Shown here piece after piece: positions 46,680 through 54,646 of a stretch of DNA of 54,646 nt. Every line of letters starts with the position of its first letter. The first letter of the stretch is position 1. The DNA lies in the IMG/VR virus record IMGVR_UViG_3300030222_000026, positions 1 to 54,646 of that record. One strand, written 5' to 3'. The notes under the pieces are model-generated. The model saw only the letters and a list, made by a program, of their open reading frames with translations, searched no databases and was not told the origin of the DNA. The DNA is from a virus. Lineage: Duplodnaviria; Caudoviricetes. Both the position numbers and the translations under genes were made by a program.

Positions 46680-47438
46680 ATGACCACCATCAATTTCGTG
46701 AACGTTCCCACCTCTTGCGATGCCGACACCATCGACGCCGACTCCAGGGCGTTCGGCGACGCCCTCATCAAGGCGTTCGTCGCCTTCGTCGACAATCGCC
46801 TCGATGCCGACCCGGAATTGGGGGAAGTGGAGCATCTGGAGACTGCTCGGCACATAACGAGGGGTCCGGATGGAGACTCCCAGATGCAGAGCACCCACCT
46901 GATACAGCAGGTGGCCAATGGCCTCTGCGACAACGACCCCCGCCTGATGTTCGTGCTGCTCAACCTGATCGGGCTGCGTCGGATCGCGCTGACCCACAAG
47001 ACGGGGGCGGCGCACGCCTTCATCAACTCGTTGATCGCCGCCACGGTGAAGACGAGGGTTGCGCCTCCGAAGATCCTCGAGATCGCCTACGACGTCGCGG
47101 TCAGAAAACTGGAATACAAGGTCGAGTTCCGTGGCGAAGACGGCTTCGTCGTCTTCGAGGACGGACGGGAGTTCAAGGTGGCCGGGGGGCGGAATGGCAC
47201 CGACTTCCCCGAGCCGGTTTCGCTCGAAGATGAAGCGGAGCACGAGGTCAGGGCGATCAGGCTGACACTCGATGACGTCAACGAGTTCGCCACCTTGGTC
47301 GAGCAGGCCGAGGCCGGGGGTGGCGACACCATCTCGTGGCGGGGCATGGACGTCCCGCTCGAGGTCGCCACCAAGCTGATTGCCATGGCCAAGGCGGCTG
47401 AGGAGGCGGGCGGGGAGCCCAAGGCCACCGTCCACTAA
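46680..47438 (+). CDS. Hypothetical acidic protein
   Basis: 252-aa ORF with codon usage like its neighbours. Confidence 0.7.
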   Translation: MTTINFVNVPTSCDADTIDADSRAFGDALIKAFVAFVDNRLDADPELGEVEHLETARHITRGPDGDSQMQSTHLIQQVANGLCDNDPRLMFVLLNLIGLRRIALTHKTGAAHAFINSLIAATVKTRVAPPKILEIAYDVAVRKLEYKVEFRGEDGFVVFEDGREFKVAGGRNGTDFPEPVSLEDEAEHEVRAIRLTLDDVNEFATLVEQAEAGGGDTISWRGMDVPLEVATKLIAMAKAAEEAGGEPKATVH

Positions 47439-47519
47439 GACTTCCCACTGACACGCACAATGCGTGTTGAAAGGGAGTCTTAGAGAAAGCCGAGGCCGTC
47501 TTTTGGCCTCGGCTCTTTT
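47435..47519. promoter_or_regulatory. Back-to-back early-motif pair (copies D on minus, C on plus) and terminator-like hairpin
   Basis: CTAAGACTTCCCACTGACACGCA-CAA-TGCGTGTTGAAAGGGAGTCTTAG; stem 47488-47514. Confidence 0.65.
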
Positions 47520-47546
47520 CTCAACCGACACAAGGACACCACCACC

Positions 47547-49376
47547 ATGGAATACCGAGCCAGAGCGGAGGCGCTCGTGGCGGCGTACTGTCGTGGCCAC
47601 ACGTCAGAGCACGCCCGAACCTTCAACGACCATCGCCGCAGCCGAGTGCGCAAGCTGGTCATGGACGCAACCGAGGATTGGGACCGTGATGGCCTCCTTC
47701 ACGAGGCTGATAACCACGGCCACGGCCACAGGTTCTCTTCGTACAAGGGAACCTTCAGCACACTGCGTGACACCATGGATAACTCCATGATGGTCGCTGT
47801 CGTGCTTGGCCTTGCCGATGAGGAGATCATCCGGAAGCTGCTTCGGGGCCATAAGCCCCTCTCGGCACCTTATGCGGCGATCAGTTCGTTGGTCACTCAC
47901 ATGAACCAACTCAACCTGATCATATGGCGTGAGGCACTCCTGATTGGAACGCGGGCACATCCGAACGATACGTCGGAAGACCTGAAGAAGAGGTCGGAGA
48001 GAGTCGCTCGAGTAATTGCGAACGCGAAGTGGGACTCCGGCATCGACACCGAAGACTTCCAGGAGTTCGTCATCAACCATGCGATGACGATGGCGACCGC
48101 CCTCGCGGAGGGCGGTCTCGACCCCAAGTCCGTGCACGACATGGACACCACCACCACCACCGAGAAGGACACCACCATGACCGACACCAACATCGACTCC
48201 ATCACCTCCGGTCTCGAAGCCATCGGCGACGGCGAGCGCGCCGTGGTCGATGCCTTGCTTCAGAAGTTCAACGTGCCGCAGATCGACGACATCGAGTCGA
48301 AGTTTCAGACGCTCAGGGAAAAGGCCAAGGAGGCGGCGTCGGGGCCGACCGGCGTGAAGATCGAGGTCAAGCTGGAGGATGCCTATGGCACCAACAAGGT
48401 CGGCGATCTGCCTGATGGCAAGGTCGACTATCGCAAGGCCAGCGACGTCTTCGGCATCACCGGGAAGGGTGTGTCGATGTTCGATTTCGATGTGCCCGTG
48501 TGGACGTGGGATGCGGAGCACCCGATGGTGCCGGAGGTTGACGATCACTATCGGTTCGAGCCGTCCTCGCTCCTGCGTGCGCTCATGGCCGTCGTCATGA
48601 ACAAGATGGCGTGGATTTACGGTCATACCGGGACCGGCAAGTCCACGCTCGTCGAGCAGATCTGCGCCCGCCTCAAGTTCCCGATGATCCGTGTCAACTT
48701 CGACTCCGAAATCACCCGCATGGACCTGACCGGGAGGGATACCCTCACCATCGACGCCTCGACGGGAACGCAGATCACCGAGTTCGTGGAGGGTCTGCTG
48801 CCGCAGGCGCTCCAGATGCCCTGCGTGATGCTGGCCGACGAACTCGACGCCATCCGGCCCGACGTCGCCTACGTGTATCAGCGGGTTCTCGAAGGCAACG
48901 GCATGGTGCTCAACGAGAACGGTGGGCAGGTGATCAAGCCGCATCCGTGGTTCCGCCTCATGGCAACCGGCAACAGCCGTGGCAACGGCGACACCAGCGG
49001 CATGTACAACGCCGTCAGGCCGCAGTCCATGGCCATGCTGGACCGCTTCGGCGTGTGGATCGAGGTCGACTACATGGCCATCCACGAACTGAAGAGGCTG
49101 CTCAAGTCCAAGTTTTCGGCGCTCAACAACGACGAGATCGACCTGATCTCCAAGTATGCCAACGAACACTGGACGGCCTTCAAGGGCGGCGATCTTCGCC
49201 AGCCGCTCTCGCCTCGTGGTGTTCAGGCGGTTGCCGAACAGTACACCTTCTTCAAGGGGCTGATGGCGCAGGACAAGGCCATCGAGCAGGCGATCCGCTG
49301 CGCCGTGGCCGACAGGGCCGAGGAGTCCGACGCGCAGGTCATCGCCGGGCTGATGCAGCGGGTCAAGAAGTCCTGA
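47547..49376 (+). CDS. MoxR/CbbQ/CobS-like AAA+ ATPase with N-terminal extension (probable internal start at 48177)
   Basis: GHTGTGKS, LADELD, ATGN, MLDRF, SPR. Confidence 0.85.
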   Translation: MEYRARAEALVAAYCRGHTSEHARTFNDHRRSRVRKLVMDATEDWDRDGLLHEADNHGHGHRFSSYKGTFSTLRDTMDNSMMVAVVLGLADEEIIRKLLRGHKPLSAPYAAISSLVTHMNQLNLIIWREALLIGTRAHPNDTSEDLKKRSERVARVIANAKWDSGIDTEDFQEFVINHAMTMATALAEGGLDPKSVHDMDTTTTTEKDTTMTDTNIDSITSGLEAIGDGERAVVDALLQKFNVPQIDDIESKFQTLREKAKEAASGPTGVKIEVKLEDAYGTNKVGDLPDGKVDYRKASDVFGITGKGVSMFDFDVPVWTWDAEHPMVPEVDDHYRFEPSSLLRALMAVVMNKMAWIYGHTGTGKSTLVEQICARLKFPMIRVNFDSEITRMDLTGRDTLTIDASTGTQITEFVEGLLPQALQMPCVMLADELDAIRPDVAYVYQRVLEGNGMVLNENGGQVIKPHPWFRLMATGNSRGNGDTSGMYNAVRPQSMAMLDRFGVWIEVDYMAIHELKRLLKSKFSALNNDEIDLISKYANEHWTAFKGGDLRQPLSPRGVQAVAEQYTFFKGLMAQDKAIEQAIRCAVADRAEESDAQVIAGLMQRVKKS

Positions 49377-49479
49377 AAAGTTCACATGGCCAGGAGGGAC
49401 GAGGCGCTTGCGCGCCTCGTTTCCACCATTCGTGCGGGAGCGGTGAGGCTTCCGCTTCTCTTGAGTGAAAGGACACACC

Positions 49480-51552
49480 ATGACTGACAAACCAATCGAC
49501 GCAATCGACGCCGACGCCCCCGGCGTCAAGCCCTTGATCTTCAAGGACGAGATGACGCGTGTGACCCGCACGTTGAGCCGTGACGCTGGACTCAATGTGA
49601 TCGTGTCTGGAACGCGGGCCTTCACGAATGGAAAGACCGTCGTGCTGCCCGACGTCGACGACACGGTGAACATCTCCCAGAACGCCGCCAACGTGGCGCG
49701 TGGTTACGTTGACCACGAGGCGGCGCACAATCGGTACACCGATATGGAGGGCGACTGGATCGCCAAGGCGAGAGCCCACGGTGGTGACTACGCTGAAGCC
49801 GTGCTTCAGGCCATTGAGGACGTGCGGATCGAGGGTCGGCAGGTCGCCGACTATCCGGGCAGCAAGGTGAACCTGTCGGCCACGGCCAACGCCACGTATC
49901 GGGTGCTGAACGAGGGCATCGAAGCGGGGGAGTACGACCTGTCGGATCAGCGGGCCATGTTTCCTGCGAGCGTCACGGCCAGGGGGCGGCAGAAGATCGG
50001 GCACGACCTCCTCGCAGAGGAGGTCGAGAAGATGGCGTCGCATCTCGACGGCGAGAATGCGTCGAAGCTGGAGACGCTGACCGACGAGATCGCCAGTCTG
50101 GCGTCGACCGAGGATGCCTTCCATCTGATGCGGCGGTTCGTCGACGAGGATGGCCAGATGCGGGATGAGCCGCTGAGCCGGGAGGCCGAGGGCCAGATGC
50201 CGGTGAAGGAGGGTAACGATGATGGCCAAGGCGAAGGCGAAGGGGGCAGCCAGAAGGGCGAAAGCGAGGGCGAGAGCCGCATGGGCGAAAGCGCCAAGGG
50301 GGCTGGCGGCGTGATGTCGAAGGCTGCCTCCGAGGCGGTATCGAGGGCGCTTGGAACAAGGCGTGAGTACGACGGAGTCCCCTACCTGTCGGATTGGGAA
50401 CTCGATATGTGGATCAGCCCCCGCAATGTGGAGGAAGTGTCGAAGGGCGTGGGAGAGGGCGCGAAGTTCGTGAGCGGCACTGTTCATGGGTGCTTTCTCG
50501 GGGCCAAACAGAACGAGGGGCGCAAGAGGTACAACGGGAAGAAGCGGAGGATCGGGCCGCACCTCAACGCCATCAAGAGCGCGTTCGAGCGCTACCTCAT
50601 GTCGAAGATGCAGCGGGGGTGGGAGCACGCCCTCGAGCAGGGACTCATCGACCCAAGACGGCTTGCCCAGGTGCCCACGGGGGCCAGCAACGTGTACCGG
50701 CGGCGCGACCCGGTTCAGGAGTTGGATACCTGCGTATCCATCATCGTGGACATGAGCGGCTCGATGTCGGGGCGTGAGATCGCGATGGCGCAGGAGGCGT
50801 GCATCGCGATCAGCGAGGCGATGCACCGACTCGGCATCCCGTTCGAGATTGTGGGACACACGACAATGGGGGATGACTGCTCGAGTGTGGCGAACGAGAT
50901 CCGTGGGCATGAGCATCTCAACAAGAAGTCGCATTACTCCATCGACGAGTACGAGGATATGCCCATCGGTGTGGGGCCGAAGGTCTATGGACTCTACGAC
51001 CTCGAGAAGTTGGCTCAGAATGTCGCCGGAAAGAGCCTGTCGAAGATCAGGAGGAAGGAGGAGAAGATCAGGAGGAAGGAGGACTGGATACCGGACGTCT
51101 ACGCCGACCCGAACGTCTACCAGACGCTCTTCGTCACGAGGTTTTGGACCCAGAACATTTACGAGTTCAAGGGGTTCGACGACCGGCTGTTCGACGTGGA
51201 GCCATACATCGGCGTGATGGACCAGATGGCGGGCGGCGGCACGATTGAGGCCGACACGATCCTGAAGGTGTACCAGCGGCAACTGCGCCGCAAGGAGAAG
51301 AAGCGCGTCATCGTCGTGTTGTCGGACGGCCAGCCGGGTGGCTACGGGCTGGCCGACGAGGAAGAGCGGACCAAGGATGTGTGTCGGTACGTTGAGAGTG
51401 ACAAGAATTGTCACCTCATGCAGATCGGCATCGGGAGTCCTGCGGGCAAACGGTACTACTCCAATGTCCATGTGATCAACAATACGAACGAACTTGCGCC
51501 CGTGCTGTTCGCCAATCTCAAGAACATCCTGCGCGTCCAGAAGGCAAGCTGA
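49480..51552 (+). CDS. vWA-domain protein with N-terminal HExxH zincin-like region (CobT-like)
   Basis: AFTNG, HEAAH, IEDVRIE; MIDAS DMSGSM; VLSDG. Confidence 0.85.
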   Translation: MTDKPIDAIDADAPGVKPLIFKDEMTRVTRTLSRDAGLNVIVSGTRAFTNGKTVVLPDVDDTVNISQNAANVARGYVDHEAAHNRYTDMEGDWIAKARAHGGDYAEAVLQAIEDVRIEGRQVADYPGSKVNLSATANATYRVLNEGIEAGEYDLSDQRAMFPASVTARGRQKIGHDLLAEEVEKMASHLDGENASKLETLTDEIASLASTEDAFHLMRRFVDEDGQMRDEPLSREAEGQMPVKEGNDDGQGEGEGGSQKGESEGESRMGESAKGAGGVMSKAASEAVSRALGTRREYDGVPYLSDWELDMWISPRNVEEVSKGVGEGAKFVSGTVHGCFLGAKQNEGRKRYNGKKRRIGPHLNAIKSAFERYLMSKMQRGWEHALEQGLIDPRRLAQVPTGASNVYRRRDPVQELDTCVSIIVDMSGSMSGREIAMAQEACIAISEAMHRLGIPFEIVGHTTMGDDCSSVANEIRGHEHLNKKSHYSIDEYEDMPIGVGPKVYGLYDLEKLAQNVAGKSLSKIRRKEEKIRRKEDWIPDVYADPNVYQTLFVTRFWTQNIYEFKGFDDRLFDVEPYIGVMDQMAGGGTIEADTILKVYQRQLRRKEKKRVIVVLSDGQPGGYGLADEEERTKDVCRYVESDKNCHLMQIGIGSPAGKRYYSNVHVINNTNELAPVLFANLKNILRVQKAS

Positions 51553-51722
51553 TGGCCGTGCGAATACATCGGAGGTGGGGGCTGAGAGGCCCCCTCTCCT
51601 TCCAGATACGTGTGGCCAGGGAGGTGAAGCGACGGAAGATTTCGAGTGACGATGTGGAGCGGGTGCGAGAGGTCGCATCCGAACTTCGAGTTTATGAGAA
51701 GCGGAGCAAGCGAAATGTCTGA
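51552..51722 (+). CDS. Small basic protein
   Basis: TGATG overlap; Arg-rich. Confidence 0.4.
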   Translation: MAVRIHRRWGLRGPLSFQIRVAREVKRRKISSDDVERVREVASELRVYEKRSKRNV

Positions 51723-52347
51723 TGGAAACGACGAGATAGAGAAGAAGATTGGCAAGGCCGGGGTGGATGACCTCGGTGTGCCGAAGAAGAAGCCGACCTA
51801 CACGTCGCCCTATGGCAGTGGGTACGGTGGATACAGTGGGTACGGGCGTGGGTACGGCGGCGGAAGCGGTTATCCCAATCCGTACGGAAGGCGCACGTCG
51901 ATCTTCGATGACTTCGAGGATGACGAGTGGGAGCGCTACGCTCCCCCGCAAAAAAAGGGCGGCCACCCCACCACGAGCAGCCGCCCCGACACAAGGATGT
52001 ACACCACCACCGAAAGGACACCGGCAAGGGGTACGCTGTCACATATAGTGACGCTCGATGCTCCTGTCCAGTACTCGGTCGGCGTGAAGTTGCATCATGG
52101 GATCGTTTTCGAGCCCGAGGATATCGCCGACATGGAGCGGCGGATCATGCGGGCGATCTCTCAGGCGTGCGACGATCTCCATCTCGTGTTCAACATGGAG
52201 GCGCGCGACGACATGAAGGTGTTCGTTCGCGATCTCGTGCGGGACATGGCCTACTACGAGGGCGGCGTCACACCCGGCTTCTGCAAGGTGCTCGAGAACG
52301 GCAAGGACTGGCCGTTCGAGAGTGAAGAAACGGCCAAGGGGGAGTGA
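51715..52347 (+). CDS. Hypothetical protein with Gly/Tyr low-complexity tract
   Basis: YGSGYGGYSGYGRGYGGGSGY. Confidence 0.6.
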   Translation: MSDGNDEIEKKIGKAGVDDLGVPKKKPTYTSPYGSGYGGYSGYGRGYGGGSGYPNPYGRRTSIFDDFEDDEWERYAPPQKKGGHPTTSSRPDTRMYTTTERTPARGTLSHIVTLDAPVQYSVGVKLHHGIVFEPEDIADMERRIMRAISQACDDLHLVFNMEARDDMKVFVRDLVRDMAYYEGGVTPGFCKVLENGKDWPFESEETAKGE

Positions 52348-52409
52348 CCCACGGGCGTGGGCCGCTGGCTCACGCCCACCACCACACCACCACACGAAAG
52401 GACGAAGAT

Positions 52410-53057
52410 ATGGACGTGAATGAGCAGAGCGACCCCGTCAAGGCGGGGTTCGCCGCAACCAATGACCTGTTCAAGAGGGATGACGAGAGGGGGGACTTCT
52501 CGTGGATGGTCGAGGGCAGGTCCATCCAGTGCAAGCGGGCATGGGGATTGCGCCAACAACTGATCGACATCGGGAACCTCATCGGCCAGAAGGTTGGGGC
52601 CGACGAGACTGTGACGATCCCGATGATCGCGCTCGGCATCTGCGATGCAGCCGTTGCGAGTGCCCTCCTTCATGAGAGGGAGATCACGCAGACGCAACTG
52701 GATTGGTTCATGGAATACCAGGAGCGGGCGCGCCGGAAGATCAACCACCTCAGAGCCGGTGGCGACCCGAACGAGTTCCGGATCAGGGAGCCCTTCACCC
52801 GAAAGAGCGGGTCAAGGATGGTGACGCAGCGGGGCGCGGCATTCTCCGACATTGTCGAGACACTGACGCAGCGTCACAATGATGAAAACAGCCAGGAGGG
52901 GGAGGCCCCGAGGAAGGTCGACGAGGCCGAACTCAAGGCCGCATCCGTCCTCATGGAACGATGGTTCGAAGAAGCGGCCATCGACGCGCTGGAAGGCCGG
53001 GCAACCCCGGCCACACGACTGGTTCGCGCCATCATGGGGCTTTACCCAGAGGCGTGA
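52410..53057 (+). CDS. Hypothetical protein
   Basis: GAAAGGA RBS before MDVNEQ. Confidence 0.65.
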   Translation: MDVNEQSDPVKAGFAATNDLFKRDDERGDFSWMVEGRSIQCKRAWGLRQQLIDIGNLIGQKVGADETVTIPMIALGICDAAVASALLHEREITQTQLDWFMEYQERARRKINHLRAGGDPNEFRIREPFTRKSGSRMVTQRGAAFSDIVETLTQRHNDENSQEGEAPRKVDEAELKAASVLMERWFEEAAIDALEGRATPATRLVRAIMGLYPEA

Positions 53058-53117
53058 CAGGCCAAGGAGGGTAAGCCCCTTGGCAAGCCGACGTCGTGGA
53101 CAATACGGATGTCATGT

Positions 53118-53153
53118 TTGACACTCGTCAGGGTGTCGCATATTGTGACATCC
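53118..53153 (+). promoter_or_regulatory. Sigma70-like promoter overlapped by an operator
   Basis: TTGACA-N17-TATTGT; the -10 lies inside GGGTGTCGC-ATATT-GTGACATCC. Confidence 0.7.
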
Positions 53154-53193
53154 TGTTGTCGCCGACGCCCAACATGGAAAGAGAAGAGAGGCG

Positions 53194-53691
53194 ATGACGA
53201 AGAAGGAGACGGATGGACAGGGCGCGAACATGGAAAGTCCAGCGGTTGCGCAACTTCTGTTGGCGCTCGGTCGTGTCGAGGGGATGATGATGACCCTCAA
53301 GGATCGCGTCGATGCCCTCGAGAACGAGAAGGTCGTGAAGCCCTATCGTCGTAACGAGGAAGATCGTCAGGGCGATCCGGAGATCGTGCTGGCGGGGCTC
53401 ACGCCCCGGCAGCATGCAACACTGCAAATGGTGATGAACGGGAGAAGCACGCAGGAAATGGCGAAGCGTCTCGGCGTCACCGAGTCAACGGTCAAGGTGC
53501 ACGTACGCCTCATCGGCAAGAAGTGCGGCGTCAAGCTGAGGCGGCAGATCGCAATGTTTCTGCGGCCAGCGTTCGAAAAAATGCCCGCACGAAAATACCT
53601 CGCCATGTCCGGTGGACTCCCGAAGGATTGGGACGAAACCTGGGGCCAAGGCGGGGAGGCGTTCGACTACATCGTGAGGCAGGAGCCGTGA
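53194..53691 (+). CDS. LuxR-type HTH regulator
   Basis: LTPRQ...GRSTQEMAKRLGVTESTVKVHVRLIGKKCGV. Confidence 0.85.
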   Translation: MTKKETDGQGANMESPAVAQLLLALGRVEGMMMTLKDRVDALENEKVVKPYRRNEEDRQGDPEIVLAGLTPRQHATLQMVMNGRSTQEMAKRLGVTESTVKVHVRLIGKKCGVKLRRQIAMFLRPAFEKMPARKYLAMSGGLPKDWDETWGQGGEAFDYIVRQEP

Positions 53692-53707
53692 GTAGTAGGA
53701 GGGTACA

Positions 53708-54646
53708 GTGCTCGACATCACAGCGAGAGGCGACAGGCTCTACATCACGGGAACGGTCAACGGGGAGCGGGTGCGACGCTCGACCGGGCTGAAGGTGGGT
53801 CAGGAGGCGGAAGCACGCCGCCTCCTGACGGAGAACATGGGGCCACGGGTGAGCGAGTGTGCGGATGAGTACATTCGCTCGCAGAGAGTCGGAACGACAT
53901 CACAGACGTACATCAGGAGGTTCGTGGACAGGTTCGGGCCAGTCAGGCTCGGCAAGATCGACGTGGCCAGGGTGTACGCCTTCTTCTCGACACGGAAGAA
54001 AGCGCCCGAAACCGTTCGGCGTGAGATCGGCGCGGTTCAGGCAATGCTTAATTGGTCCGCTCGGGCGAATGGGGTCGAGCGGACATTCAATATCCAGAAG
54101 CCAAGGGCTGGAGAGCCACGGCTCAGGTTCCTCGAGCAACACGAAGTGCAGGCTATGATCGAGAACGCATCGTCGTTCTTTCGACCGTTCGTCGTGGGGC
54201 TGTTCTATTCGGGAATGCGACGAGGCGAACTCGCCGGGCTCGTCGGGCGTGACATGGTGAACGGACAGTTCATCGTGGCAACGGCCAAGGGGCGGGGCGG
54301 AAGGGTCAGGCACCGGAGCGTGCCCGTGCACCCGGAGATCGAGAGTGTGCTGCCGACAAGGCCGGGGCCGCACGATCCGCTGTTCGTCAATGAGTACGGG
54401 GAGGCATGGGTCCATGACCTGACGAGGATCAACAAGCTATGGAAGGAAACGGCCAGTCGGGCGGGAGTGGAAGACTGCGTGCCGCATGACGCACGACGGA
54501 CGTTCGCCAGCCGCCTGCTGGAAAGCGGCGTGGATATCAGGACCATTGCGGCGCTTCTCGGGCACGAGGATCTGTCGATGCTCATGCGGTACGCGCAGGT
54601 CCGGGGACAAAGGAAAGTCGATGTGATGAGTTCGCTCGTCTATTGA
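53708..54646 (+). CDS. int: Tyrosine recombinase / phage integrase
   Basis: GMRRGE, HDARR, LLGH, RY catalytic residues; N-terminal arm-binding-like RRSTG. Confidence 0.9.
   Translation: MLDITARGDRLYITGTVNGERVRRSTGLKVGQEAEARRLLTENMGPRVSECADEYIRSQRVGTTSQTYIRRFVDRFGPVRLGKIDVARVYAFFSTRKKAPETVRREIGAVQAMLNWSARANGVERTFNIQKPRAGEPRLRFLEQHEVQAMIENASSFFRPFVVGLFYSGMRRGELAGLVGRDMVNGQFIVATAKGRGGRVRHRSVPVHPEIESVLPTRPGPHDPLFVNEYGEAWVHDLTRINKLWKETASRAGVEDCVPHDARRTFASRLLESGVDIRTIAALLGHEDLSMLMRYAQVRGQRKVDVMSSLVY

Larger units (their letters stand above)
1..54646. mobile_element. Temperate podovirus genome or prophage
   Basis: Packaging, capsid, short-tail, lysis, replication and integrase modules; no tape-measure or sheath gene recognised. 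Confidence 0.85.

Noticed and set aside
47547-51552. Calling the AAA+/vWA pair cobS/cobT cobalamin genes
   Set aside because: No cobN or other pathway genes; only family-level similarity is supportable
10378-51966. Long antisense ORFs (e.g. 17926-20160, 11761-13548, 47604-49691, 49363-51966)
   Set aside because: Shadows of GC-biased coding on the opposite strand; no recognisable motifs
53708-54646. Integron integrase or an attP site
   Set aside because: No IntI-type insertion evident; the window ends at the stop codon, so att sites cannot be assessed
1-54646. tRNA, rRNA or CRISPR arrays
   Set aside because: None recognised by eye; tRNAscan-SE and a CRISPR finder were not run

Overview
The window looks like a near-complete, GC-rich temperate podovirus or prophage. 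An Alphaproteobacterial host is inferred from gene content. The minus strand carries, from right to left: TerS-like, TerL, portal, tail fibre and chaperone, amidase endolysin, scaffold, major capsid, adaptor, nozzle, tail protein, GNAT, three ejection proteins and a 3399-aa polyvalent virion protein. It continues with a Cro-like gene, primase-polymerase/helicase, a GcrA-like regulator, a resolvase, a SleB+M15 double murein hydrolase, holin and spanins. The plus strand carries a Sak4/SSB/Cas4-like recombination module (7.4-10 kb) and an early region (43-54.6 kb) of small cassette-like genes, a MoxR-type AAA+/vWA pair, a LuxR regulator and a tyrosine integrase. The most interesting signals are non-coding. 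(1) A recurring late-promoter-like motif, GGACGAC, is paired with hairpins that would hide the next ribosome binding site in read-through mRNA only. (2) A 23-24 bp motif, YGCGYGT-N5-RGRAGTCTTAG, occurs four times in the early region although no phage RNA polymerase gene is recognisable. (3) A family of palindromic operators, GRTGTCRC-N5-GTGACATC. (4) A roughly 400-bp structured intergenic region containing a 143-bp element closed by a perfect 19-bp inverted repeat. All protein calls come from motifs and gene order read by eye; no database searches were run.
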